Shown: positions 1 to 9,463, counted from the stretch's first letter. The stretch: 64,000 nucleotides of DNA from an uncultured Acidobacteriota bacterium (GCA_963827655.1 CAWHCF010000034.1:32001-96000); one strand, 5' to 3'. Notes: generated by a model from the letters alone, not told the origin. Made by a program: numbers and translations.

Positions 1-1160
1 TCTACGATATCCTGCTCAAGAATGGGCGCGTACTCGATCCGACTGGAAAACACGACGGCCGGTTCGACATCGCGATCGTCCGAAACAAGATTGTCCGGAT
101 TGCGCCTGACCTGCCGGTCGCGCTCCGCGCGCAACACGATCGATCTCAGCGGCTGCTTTGTGACGGCAGGCTTCATCGACATCAACGCCCACGTAGACGC
201 CAGGGGGGCATGGCGGAGCGTGAACCCGGATCATCATTCGCTGCGCAACGGCGTGACGACGGTGGTCGACAGCGGTTCCACCGGCTGGAAGACGTTCGAA
301 TCGTTCAAGAGGACCGTCATTGACCGCGCGCGCACGCGCGTGCTGGCATTTCTGAATATTGCCGCGGGGGGTATCTCGAGCGACGGCCGCGCGACCCAGT
401 CGAAGACCTCGACGTGGAGCAGGCCGCAGGCATGGCGCAAAAATACCCTGATTTGATCGTCGGCATCCGAACCCCGTTCGAGGATGCCACGGACTGGAGG
501 CCGCTCGAGCGTGCCATTGAGGCGGCGGGGCGGGGCGGCCGCGTTGTGATGGCGGATTTTCGCGCCGCCCCCGGCGGCAATTACGACGGACTGCTGGAGA
601 AACTCCGGTCTGGCGACATTGTGACGGCTATCTACGGCCTTCGCACCCCTCAGCTCGACGCGCAAAAAAAAGTGCGTGCTCCCTTCCGGCAAGCCCGTGA
701 GCGCGGAATCCTTCTCGATGTGGGCCACGGGTCCGACGGATTCTGGTTTCGTGTCGCGGCTCCCGCGATCAAGGAGCAGCTGCTGCCGGATACGATTTCA
801 AGCGCGATCGACAAGGAGAGCGCCCTGCTTGTGCGGGCCGATATGTCTGTGACTCTCTCCAAGCTTCTGAATCTAGGGATGACGGTAGAGCAGCTGGTGG
901 AGCGGGTGACCGTTCGCGCTGCCCGCGCCATTCGCCGCCCGGAACTGGGCACGCTCGAGCCCGGAGGTATCGCCGATATTGCGGTTTTCGAGATCGAGCG
1001 CGGGCGTTTCGGTTTCGTCGACGCGGGCCATGCCAGGCTGGTTGGGGATAGCAACTTGAGGGTCATCCTCACCGTTCGTGGAGGGCAGGTCGTCTGGGAT
1101 CCTGACGCGCGCAGCCGGACGGACTGGCTCAACGCCGGACCCTACAGCAACTATCGCTGA
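1..1160 (+). CDS. Amidohydrolase/dihydroorotase-like (deacetylase family) domain, 5'-truncated, metal ligands degenerate; two frameshifts (~125, ~405)
   Basis: Joined frames read YDILLKNGRVLDP...TIDLSGCFVTAGFIDINAHV...GVTTVVDSGSTGW...LDVGHGSDGF...LGTLEPGGIADIAVF...TVRGGQVVWD, the typical amidohydrolase layout. Confidence 0.8.
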
Positions 1161-1201
1161 CACAGCCGTCAGGAGACGCGAAAACCGTCCCCTGAGAAAG
1201 C

Positions 1202-1230
1202 TGTGAAAAAACTCGCTGAATTTTTTCACA
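1202..1230. promoter_or_regulatory. 10-bp perfect inverted repeat (TGTGAAAAAA-N9-TTTTTTCACA), putative operator
   Basis: Seen directly, ~105 bp upstream of the XRE gene start. Confidence 0.45.
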
Positions 1231-1335
1231 CCTTCTTACGGCCGGGCTTCACACTGTCGGCCCTACGGGCCTGGCGGTAGTTTGCTACCGCCTCGCGACG
1301 GGCCTGATCTGGCACACCTTCTGAGGAGCGAGAGA

Positions 1336-1671
1336 ATGGGGACCAGGTTCGGGAACCTGCTCCGTGAGAGCCGGCGCAAAGCGGGCTACAGCATCTCGGG
1401 TCTTGCTGGCCTTCTCGAGATGACTCCGGCACAACTCTCGGCAATTGAAAGAGGAATCGAGGGTCTTCTTACGGACGAGCAAATTGTCAGAATCGCTGGT
1501 ATGTTCGGTTCCAATGCGGCGCTGTTTCTAACCGCCAAGGAAAAGGATCTGGACGAAGCCTTCCAGAAGCAATGGCCTGTCAGGGACGCGTTGAAGCAAG
1601 AACAAGAAGACACAAGACGAAAGGGCAAAGCGATGATCAGTAAGAAATCGCCTTTGAAGAAAGTCCCATGA
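1336..1671 (+). CDS. XRE/Cro-CI family helix-turn-helix regulator
   Basis: FGNLLRESRRKAGYSISGLAGLLEMTPAQLSAIERG is an HTH_3 pattern; GAGGAG RBS at 1323-1328. Confidence 0.85.
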   Translation: MGTRFGNLLRESRRKAGYSISGLAGLLEMTPAQLSAIERGIEGLLTDEQIVRIAGMFGSNAALFLTAKEKDLDEAFQKQWPVRDALKQEQEDTRRKGKAMISKKSPLKKVP

Positions 1672-1744
1672 CCCGCCCCAATTCCCCATCTTGCATCTTG
1701 GGTCTTCGCGGTTAGCGGCTGCTAGCCATCCGCCCGGCTCGAGC

Positions 1745-3253
1745 CTATGGCGCCGGCATCTCCAATTCCGGCAACGGCGGGGCGGCGAACAGCCGGCGGC
1801 AAGGCTTCGCCAGCAATCGCGCCCAGCGAGCCGAGCGGCCTATCCTCGCGCTATCCGTGGCGATGCCGGTGTTGGCATACATTTGCCGGTACAGTTTCGA
1901 GATGAGGACGAAGGCCAGTCGGGCCCGCAAGGATCGCACACAGCGGGACCGCGCCCATATCAGGCGGAGGCTATAGAAGCAATCCCACACGTCCTGTGTA
2001 CGCTGCCGGATCTCGTCGGCTGACATCACCGGGTGAGGAATGTACACTTTTGGCCGGACTGCCTGGGGGATAAGCCAATGCCGTGTCAGCGGAATCCCTT
2101 CGATGCGCGTAGTATCGTTGGCCATCGTTTGTTCCCAGCGCGTGAAATCCACAGTTCCAGGAAACGGTGTAAGCATGACGAACTGCGCAAAGGTAACGCC
2201 GGCCTGCTGTGCCAGAGCGGCGGTTGCCTCGAAGGTCTCGGGCTTGTCGGTAGGGAGGCCGAAGATGAATGAGCCGAGTACGTGGATGCCATAGTTGCGG
2301 AATGCCTGCAGCCGGGTTACGAGCGCATCTCCCGCGACGTTGAAGTTTTTGTATATAGCCTTCAGTCCCTCGGGAGTCACCGATTCGACTCCGACCAGAG
2401 CCCCCTTGATATTGGCCCTTTGCATCGCCTCGAGAAACGCGGCATCCTCCGCCGCCTCCATGGTGATCTGGGTATAAAAGACCATGTCCTGTGGGAGCTT
2501 CGACAGCTGTGTCATGAGATCAAAGCGCTCGTCACGTATGGCATGTAGCTCATCGAGCCGTTGCCTGTCCTTGCGACGCTCAGCCACCGCCAAATCTTCG
2601 AGCGTAACCGGGTAGAAGTTATCGTCAGCTAAGGCGATGAAGCGAAAACCCATCCGGCGCAGTTCGATAATCTCTCGTATCACGGAGTCGGATTTTCGCT
2701 GGCGCGGCTCCTGGCCGTCGGTACGCCAGACGGAGCAGAACGAACAGTGTTTTGGGCACCCTCGGATCGTTTGCACCGAAGCCCACATATAGCGGTCGCG
2801 CGGCAGCAGATCCCAGCGCGCCGGGAGAAGGTCAGCGCCTTGGACCTTGCCGCCTTCATAGATCCGATTCGGCCTGCCGTTGACGCAGTCGGCGAGAACT
2901 GTAGCCCAGATGACATCGCCGTCGCCCTTGACCACTGCGTGCGCCTCCCCGAGATCAAGCGCCTCATCGGGAAACAAAGTAGCATGAATGCCGCCGAAGA
3001 TGACGTATGCGCCATGCCTGCGAGCCATCCGTCCCACCTCATAGCCGCGCAGGGCGTTTCCCGTGTGAATCCCGATGCCGACAACGTCGCCTTGCTGCAA
3101 TTTGGAAAAATCAAAATGGGCCAGGGTTTCGTCGGTTATTACAGGGTCATCGAAAGATCGAGGCGTCGCGCCCGCAAGCACGTACAGCCACCGCGGGGTA
3201 ATCACGGCCATGCCGAAAGAAAGGTGGCTCGGATTTACCAGATGAACTCTCAT
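1745..3253 (-). CDS. B12-binding radical SAM protein
   Basis: RGCPKHCSFC (CxxxCxxC), N-terminal B12 domain with GGIHAT, ADDNF, GVES; likely start MRVHLVNP with AAGGAG RBS. Confidence 0.92.
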   Translation of the reverse strand: MRVHLVNPSHLSFGMAVITPRWLYVLAGATPRSFDDPVITDETLAHFDFSKLQQGDVVGIGIHTGNALRGYEVGRMARRHGAYVIFGGIHATLFPDEALDLGEAHAVVKGDGDVIWATVLADCVNGRPNRIYEGGKVQGADLLPARWDLLPRDRYMWASVQTIRGCPKHCSFCSVWRTDGQEPRQRKSDSVIREIIELRRMGFRFIALADDNFYPVTLEDLAVAERRKDRQRLDELHAIRDERFDLMTQLSKLPQDMVFYTQITMEAAEDAAFLEAMQRANIKGALVGVESVTPEGLKAIYKNFNVAGDALVTRLQAFRNYGIHVLGSFIFGLPTDKPETFEATAALAQQAGVTFAQFVMLTPFPGTVDFTRWEQTMANDTTRIEGIPLTRHWLIPQAVRPKVYIPHPVMSADEIRQRTQDVWDCFYSLRLIWARSRCVRSLRARLAFVLISKLYRQMYANTGIATDSARIGRSARWARLLAKPCRRLFAAPPLPELEMPAP

Positions 3254-3346
3254 AGCAAGGCTCCTTGAAGATAATGACGTGCCGAGACCCCGTTGGACGG
3301 CCTGCCGATAACGACGCGACCATCGGTAGCACACCAAGTGCTGACT

Positions 3347-4219
3347 CTAAAATGACGTTTTCATCGCCGCGCCCAGGCGCGAAAAGAATCCGCTCGTCCG
3401 CTTGCTGAACCGAACGGCGGCGTCGCTTAACGAGCGGTGATCCATTGCCTTCCTGCTCTGTGCCTCAGGGCTCGCAGCGGGCTGGGGCGTCACATCATCG
3501 CAGTCCGCAGGGCTGACAATCGGGTTCGCAGCTGCCAATTCCTCGACCTGCTGCTCAGCGGGCTGAGAGACGGAGGGCCGGTTCTCGACCTCTGCCAAGG
3601 CGCTTGCTGAGGGTCCGAGGCTGGGCAGGGTAGTGTCATGTACCGGAGGCGCGGGGCTGGATTCCACTGCCCGGATCGCCTTGTGGCGGCGCGGAGGCCG
3701 TTTTTCAACTGCAATGGACTCAGGGCGGAACTTAACCTGGCGTTCCAGAGTCGACGCAACGTCGCCGGCTGGCAATGCGCTTGAAGGCGCCGGGGAGGGA
3801 TTGGAAGCCACAGGGGCGCTCCCGGAGCCCGGAGAGCGGCTGAGAAACTGAACGTAGGCCAGGCAAGCTATAGCGGTCGTGAGCAGGCCAGCCCAAAGGC
3901 CGCGGTTCATGATTTTGAACATCCGATCACCATTGGCAATCCTGGGCTTTGGTTCAGCGGTTTCTGCTCCATGCCCCGGGGACTCCGGAAACTGCGGCGT
4001 CACAGCTTCCGGTTGTTCCAGTAGTAATTCCTTGGCTTCGACTTCGAACGCACAGGCAATAGACCGCAGAGTCTCGTAAGAAGCGTTTCCGCCCGCTTCG
4101 ACTCGCTGGATCGTTCTCGGACTCAAGTCTGCGATACTGGCTAATTGCTCCTGTGGCCAGCCACGCTCGAGCCGCAAAGTTCTGATTCTGTTTCCGTCCG
4201 GATGTGGAGTTCTCTGCAT
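3347..4219 (-). CDS. Membrane-anchored XRE-HTH regulator (HTH + one TM + Pro/Ser/Ala-rich tail)
   Basis: IRTLRLERGWPQEQLASIADLSPRTIQRVEAG HTH; TM GLWAGLLTTAIACLAYVQFL; low-complexity C-terminus. Confidence 0.85.
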   Translation of the reverse strand: MQRTPHPDGNRIRTLRLERGWPQEQLASIADLSPRTIQRVEAGGNASYETLRSIACAFEVEAKELLLEQPEAVTPQFPESPGHGAETAEPKPRIANGDRMFKIMNRGLWAGLLTTAIACLAYVQFLSRSPGSGSAPVASNPSPAPSSALPAGDVASTLERQVKFRPESIAVEKRPPRRHKAIRAVESSPAPPVHDTTLPSLGPSASALAEVENRPSVSQPAEQQVEELAAANPIVSPADCDDVTPQPAASPEAQSRKAMDHRSLSDAAVRFSKRTSGFFSRLGAAMKTSF

Positions 4220-4266
4220 TCAGCACCCCCGTTCAAACAATTTGACCGAAAGGTTAAAGAAAGGCC

Positions 4267-4315
4267 ACGACTGGCGGACGACGCCAGCACGACACGTTGG
4301 CGACACGACAGCGAT
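4267..4315. promoter_or_regulatory. Phased direct-repeat array (CGAC at 11-bp period), putative operator
   Basis: CGAC at 4268, 4279, 4290, 4301 and CGAT at 4312, just upstream of the XRE-TM start. Confidence 0.55.
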
Positions 4316-4854
4316 TCGGCATCTACCGCCGAGTGTTTCTGACGCCAGTCAGATCCAGGGACATGCGCGAGGGCAAACCAAACGCTCGCGGCCGCACTCC
4401 ACGAGTGACGGCAAGGGCTGAAGTCGAAAAAACGGGGCGTAGCGGTTCCGGCGTCCAAATGGCCGCGGGAGACAGGTTATCGAACCCCTTTGACGCCAAC
4501 TGGTCTGGTCTTCCATTCAAAGGGATGACCTGAGCAAACCCGCAAAAACCAGATCGAACTCCACGGTCACGCTCCCGCACGGGGTGGGATGCGACTGTTG
4601 TGCACGCAAGTCGGCGCCGGTCTGATTTTTTATAATATGTGCGCACCTTCGGTGCTCATCATAACGGTAATTTAATCCCGGCCTTACGACGGCCGCGAGA
4701 AGCTGTGAAAAGAATCGAGTCTGTGCCGCGGGTCATCAGACCCGCGCGTGGAGCGCATCCGTAGGTTCATACCCGCAACTCCAGGCAACGACCAGTCGCC
4801 GCCTCGGGCGGGAAAACTTGATCGAACTGTGAACTTGGTGCGCACCAAGAGGAC

Positions 4855-5127
4855 TTAGCGAGCCGACGAAAGGTTAAAGTTTAGCTCTCGCCGCGTCAGT
4901 TCTTCAACAAAACGGGCGCGAACAGCTTGCACGTTCATGGCCGACATTTCACACCAGTAAACAAAGCCTCGGTCGTGCAAGATCCATTGGATTGCTTCTT
5001 CCCGGCGCTTGCGGTTCGCAACTGTCTGCAAGGCGTTCTTGGTTTCCGGTTTGCTGAACGTGTCCTCCCATGCCAGACGAACAATTGCGGCTGCAAGTTT
5101 CCGTTCAGGACTGAGTTCGGGAACCAT
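4855..5127 (-). CDS. Small alpha-helical hypothetical protein
   Basis: 90-aa ORF with ATG and protein-like pattern (PERKLAAAIV...EAIQWI...FVYWCE), co-oriented downstream of the RRM gene. Confidence 0.65.
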   Translation of the reverse strand: MVPELSPERKLAAAIVRLAWEDTFSKPETKNALQTVANRKRREEAIQWILHDRGFVYWCEMSAMNVQAVRARFVEELTRRELNFNLSSAR

Positions 5128-5168
5128 ATGTCTTCACATCAGTCAGTACGCTCTTAGGCTGGGACCGA

Positions 5169-5546
5169 TCACTTCGGTTGTGATTCAGTAGCGTCGTCGA
5201 CCTCCCTGGCCTCCCCCCCTCCTCGATCGTTTCTCCCCCTGGTGCGGCCTCTGTCTCCACCGCCGCCTGGACGAAATCCTCCTCTTGAATCGGAGGAGCG
5301 CTCTCGGGCCTCGCTCACGTTGATTTGCCGTCCGCTCATCTCTTTCCCGTTCGTTACTTCTATGGCCTTCTGGAAATCCTGACCGGCTTTCAATAGCACG
5401 AAGGCAAACCCTCGCGATCTTCCAGTCGAGACATCTCTTATCAGGTCGACCTTCTCAACCTCGACTCCATTCTCGGTAAAGAAACTCTCGAGGGTCCCCT
5501 CGTTGACAGCAAAGCCTAGATTACCGACATACAGTTTATTGCCCAT
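5169..5546 (-). CDS. RRM RNA-binding protein with Gly/Arg-rich tail
   Basis: RNP2 KLYVGNL, RNP1 RGFAFV, RGG tail; GAGGGAG RBS. Confidence 0.93.
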   Translation of the reverse strand: MGNKLYVGNLGFAVNEGTLESFFTENGVEVEKVDLIRDVSTGRSRGFAFVLLKAGQDFQKAIEVTNGKEMSGRQINVSEARERSSDSRGGFRPGGGGDRGRTRGRNDRGGGEAREVDDATESQPK

Positions 5547-5720
5547 GGTATTACTCTCCCTCAAGGATAGGTCAGGATTGACCGTGTTGAGAACTGACCG
5601 TATTACTTGCGGCGACAACGGGTCCAGATCGATCATTCCCACTATACGCGCCACTAACCTGGATGTACAACAACTAACCAACCGCCGGCGGGAAAATGAT
5701 CGCCAAAGCGTCGTTCGTAT

Positions 5721-5802
5721 TTCTTAGCGTCTTCGTGTCTTCGCGGTCAGGGCTGCGGAACAAATACCACTAAGGCGCGAAGACACAAAGAGACACTAAG
5801 AA
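5721..5802. repeat. Inverted nonamer array (CTTCGTGTC / GACACGAAG family)
   Basis: TTCTTAGCGTCTTCGTGTCTTCGCG ... CGCGAAGACACAAAGAGACACTAAGAA. Confidence 0.75.
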
Positions 5803-5806
5803 TCTT

Positions 5807-7575
5807 TTACTGCGAGGTCCGGATGTGATTGACCAGAATGCGCGTAAACCCTTCCACGAACGGCCGGCCCCGTGTCAACAGGTTCTCCCTGGTCATGATT
5901 TCGAGGCGGACGTCGGGACGTGCCCCGATGTTTTCGATATAGGGTGCCGCCGGCAGGTCGGGAGTGTAGATCGGTTCCAGGCGAACCACCAGGCTGTTGG
6001 TGTTGGTAGCCAACAGACTCGGAATAGAAACCCGCCGGCCACCCGCTGACCGAGCCCCCGGCGCCGTTGGTTCGCGCTCCCACCAGCGGGCCTCGCTTGT
6101 TGTCCTGAAGCATGGCCGGAAAGATATCGCCCGCCGAGGTCGAAAACTCGTCGACCAGAACGATGAGCGGTTTGGTGTAAGCGAGGACGTTGCCGCTGGC
6201 GTCCTTCGCCGGCTGGTTGGTCAGCGAGGGGGGCAGAGGCGAGCCGAAGGCGGTGCAGGCCGGGACCGGGCCGGTCCGGCCGCGGTTTCGCCGGTAAGCG
6301 GTTTCGAGTGCGTTCAGGATCGCCGTGTAAGCATCGATGATCTGCTGCGGCGCCTGGAGCCGGCGCGCGCTCTCGAGCGCGAAGTAGATGGACTGGATTC
6401 GGTCCAGTGTCACCCGAATCTCTTCGCCGAAGAAGTAGAAGGGATAGGGGATGAGGTAGGAAGCCGCGTCCAGCATGTAGCAACCTCCGCCGGTATTGCG
6501 CATCACGTCCACTACCAGGCCGTCGGTGTTCTCCTCGAAATAAGCCACCTCCGTGGCGATCTCGCGGAACACGTTGACTGAGGAAGGCGAGAAGCTGGGG
6601 ATGCGCAGGTAGCCGATCCTGAATCCGTCCGCTTCATAAGTGCCCGAGAAATGAAAATCTGTGGGCGTGCGACCCAGGCGTTGCACAAAATTCTGCGGCA
6701 GCGCAAAGGCAGGCGTGCGCGATCCCCAACCGAGCACGTAGCGCCGGGGCAGGATCTCGTCGGTTTCCTCCGAGTAAGTCCATCCGGAGAGCAGGTGATC
6801 GTCTTCCGGGGCCCTGAAATTCTGCAGCTCGAGCAGCGGCCGGAGATAGTCCGGCGTCTGCTCGCTGGGCGAAGGAGCGGAGAAATCGCTGGTCGTCGGC
6901 GCGCCCGGCTTGGGAACCGGTCCGATGTTGATGAGCGGATATCCCGTCTTCGTCCAGGGCACCGTGTAGGTTTCCAGATCGCCGTTCTGACGCCGGATCA
7001 CCATGGAGGCAGTCTCTCCTAGTTCTACCGCGCGGGGTATGACCTGCTGTGGCCGAAACGTGATCAGATCTGCGGAGGCGCGGCGCGTGTGGGTCGGGTT
7101 GCCGCGCCGGCGCAGGCGCGAGAATTCCTGGATCAGATCCTCGACGCTCTTTCGATCGACCGAAACCAACTCGTCGCCGACCTGAAACGGAAACCGGTTG
7201 GCCGGCAGCAGCAGCCGGTTGATGGAATCGATCACGACCTTCCCGTCATAGATATCGACCGTAAAACCCGCGTTGGCGACAAAGGTCGAGGGCACGCGGA
7301 ACCAGGAGTGGATATCGTCGAGGCCGGCGACGTACTCGGCGCAGATCTCCATGAATTCGAGATCGTCCTTCGAACGGCTCACTCGGTTCAGCCACGGACC
7401 GATGTCGATAGAGATCGAATCCGACGGCCGCCCTCTTCCACTCATAAGGCGCATAGCGCTTGGCGTAAAGGGCAGCCAGGTTCTCGAAATCGTGGAACTT
7501 CTGGTCACGCGAAAGCTGTGCCGAAAGCGGCGCGACCGAAAAGAAACATAGCGCGGCTGCAACCAGTCTTTTCAT
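5807..7575 (-). CDS. Secreted S41 peptidase with PDZ domain, CPAF-like; frameshifts at ~7420 and ~6010
   Basis: Signal peptide MKRLVAAALCFFSVAPLSAQ; YAPYEWK; LDDIH; IGYLRIPSF; DVMRNTGGG; DEFSTSAGDIFPAMLQDNKRGPLVGARTNGAGG; YIENIGARPD. Confidence 0.85.
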
Positions 7576-7932
7576 GGTCTCCTCCTGCTTTAAAAGATGT
7601 TTACATAGGGGAAGGCTATATTGCCACCATCCCGCCTTTAGGCCGTTTTGTCAAGCGTCGGCTTGTCGCGCGTGAACGCGGGAACTAGCAGTGCGGCAGC
7701 CCTTTGAAGATTGGTAGATATCTCGGCTGAAACGATGCCATGATCGCGGCAAAAATACTCAATCGAGGCGACTGCGTCGTCGCGGAGGCCGCTCCTGGCG
7801 TGTGGACAGAAGTCTGAATACCGGAGAAGAAAAGGACGGCACCATCGCCGTCGAGGATAGCGAACGAAATGTTGAAGGGATAGCCGGAGGGATCGGTGCT
7901 GCTCTTCGCTGCTAGCGGGAAGGGCAGAACTC

Positions 7933-8244
7933 TTAACGCTTGTTCCGTGACTTGGCGCTCGGATGGGAATCTCGATAGCTGGCCACGTCCAGAGCCGTCA
8001 CTCGCACGCGAGTGCCTATCTGAGCAACGGTCTCATCTATGAGATTCATCCTTAGTTTCTGGTAGCAAAGGTCGGGAGCTTCCTGGAACATCAGCTGCCT
8101 CTCCAGGAAAACCACGTCGTCTATTACCAGTATGATCTGATGGATGGTTTTGTCTTCAGCCTCAACAAGAAAATCGTATTCCCGGTATCCGTTTTTCGGG
8201 AATACCCCTACGTACCGTACTCGTATGGGGAGATTCGCCTTCAC
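7933..8244 (-). CDS. Hypothetical protein downstream of cspA
   Basis: GTG start with GGGGA RBS; globular-looking sequence (YVGVFPKNGYREYDFLVE...FQEAPDLCYQKL). Confidence 0.65.
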   Translation of the reverse strand: MKANLPIRVRYVGVFPKNGYREYDFLVEAEDKTIHQIILVIDDVVFLERQLMFQEAPDLCYQKLRMNLIDETVAQIGTRVRVTALDVASYRDSHPSAKSRNKR

Positions 8245-8301
8245 AAAGAAATCCCCTAAGCGGAAACAGACCAGCAGCGCTTGCTGCCGGGAGGTCTTGA
8301 A

Positions 8302-8340
8302 GGGATGGAGGATTCGCGTGTCCGCGAATCTCTCCATCCC
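8302..8340 (-). terminator. Strong hairpin after cspA (terminator or stabiliser; no U-tract)
   Basis: GGGATGGAGGATTCGCG-tgtc-CGCGAATCTCTCCATCCC. Confidence 0.45.
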
Positions 8341-8359
8341 CGCTGAATTCAGTATGGAC

Positions 8360-8563
8360 CTACAGCTTTACGACGTCCTGGGCCTGAAGCCCCTTGGGAC
8401 CCTTGGCGACCGTGAACTCGATCTTATCGCCTTCGTTAAGCGACTTGAATCCTGTTGCCTGAATGGCAGAATGGTGCACGAAGACATCGTCTCCGGAAGC
8501 GCGACTTATGAATCCGTAGCCCTTGTCGTTGTTGAACCACTTTACTGTTCCTTGCTCTTTCAT
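8360..8563 (-). CDS. cspA: Cold-shock protein
   Basis: [34 protein letters not shown]. Confidence 0.97.
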   Translation of the reverse strand: MKEQGTVKWFNNDKGYGFISRASGDDVFVHHSAIQATGFKSLNEGDKIEFTVAKGPKGLQAQDVVKL

Positions 8564-8771
8564 GCTCTGTTTTGTCCTGTGAAAATATTCCGCTCAAAAG
8601 CGGAAGGGTTATTGGTTATCGGGGGGTTCAGGTAAAAATCCGCCATTGAGACATAAAACAAAAAGGGCTGCGCTCCCATTCTCAGGTTCGCAGCCAGTCT
8701 TAGAAACGAATTAGTTACAAAAACCTGATTAAGCCACTTGCGAGATTACCCGCTCTGACGCCTGAATACAA
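8564..8771 (-). promoter_or_regulatory. cspA promoter (TTGTAT-17-TAATCT) and ~170-nt leader containing a hairpin plus U-rich tract
   Basis: -35 at 8766-8771, -10 at 8743-8748; minus-strand GGCTGCG...CGCAGCC followed by CTTTTTGTTTT at 8654-8695. Confidence 0.6.
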
Positions 8772-9096
8772 GAGTTATTTTCAGGGGTTTCGCCAGAGGA
8801 GGCGATTCGGGACGTTTCCAGCTCGGGAGCTCGAAATCAGTTTCTTCCCAGGCCCACGATGAAACGGGTTCCGCTTTCGAATGCGTTAAGGTCAGGACGC
8901 ACCCCAAAGGGATCAACCAGCGCTAGAAAAGAAGGGAAGGCAGCTCGTTCTTCCGATTTCCGATTGCAATACTGGTCTCCATCGTGTCATGCTCGTGAAC
9001 TCCACGTGCCTCATATATACTCCCGTGAGGTCCCACGCTCCGTCTAGAGAGCAGAGGGCCCGTTTGGGTTTCTTATAGAAGGGATGTTGATCAGAT

Positions 9097-9303
9097 ATGG
9101 CCCGAGGTGAAGTCTCCGTTACCTGTCCTGGCTGTGGTTATTACACACGGATGCCTACAGCCGCTTTGCAGCGCAACAATCATTACTGTTCACGATGCGG
9201 CAAACAGATCCCGCTTGGTGGCGTGAAGGCCGAACCCATCGAAGACAGCGCGCGCCCGCGCGCGAAAAGCCGGCGCCGTTATCGACCTGCTGGACGCCGA
9301 TAA
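9097..9303 (+). CDS. Small zinc-ribbon protein with basic tail
   Basis: CPGC...CSRC and Arg-rich C-terminus; GAAGGGA RBS. Confidence 0.7.
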   Translation: MARGEVSVTCPGCGYYTRMPTAALQRNNHYCSRCGKQIPLGGVKAEPIEDSARPRAKSRRRYRPAGRR

Positions 9304-9463
9304 CTTTCGATCAGGAATTGATATCCAGCGAATAATCGCACTCAGAAACAGCAGCGGAATCTGGGACGGGATTCAGCAGAAGTCAGGAATCGGTCGGTCG
9401 TCACACAGGGTCAGGTCACCATCCGGGATTCCGGCAAGCGTGATGGCAGGTTGCTGATTTCGT

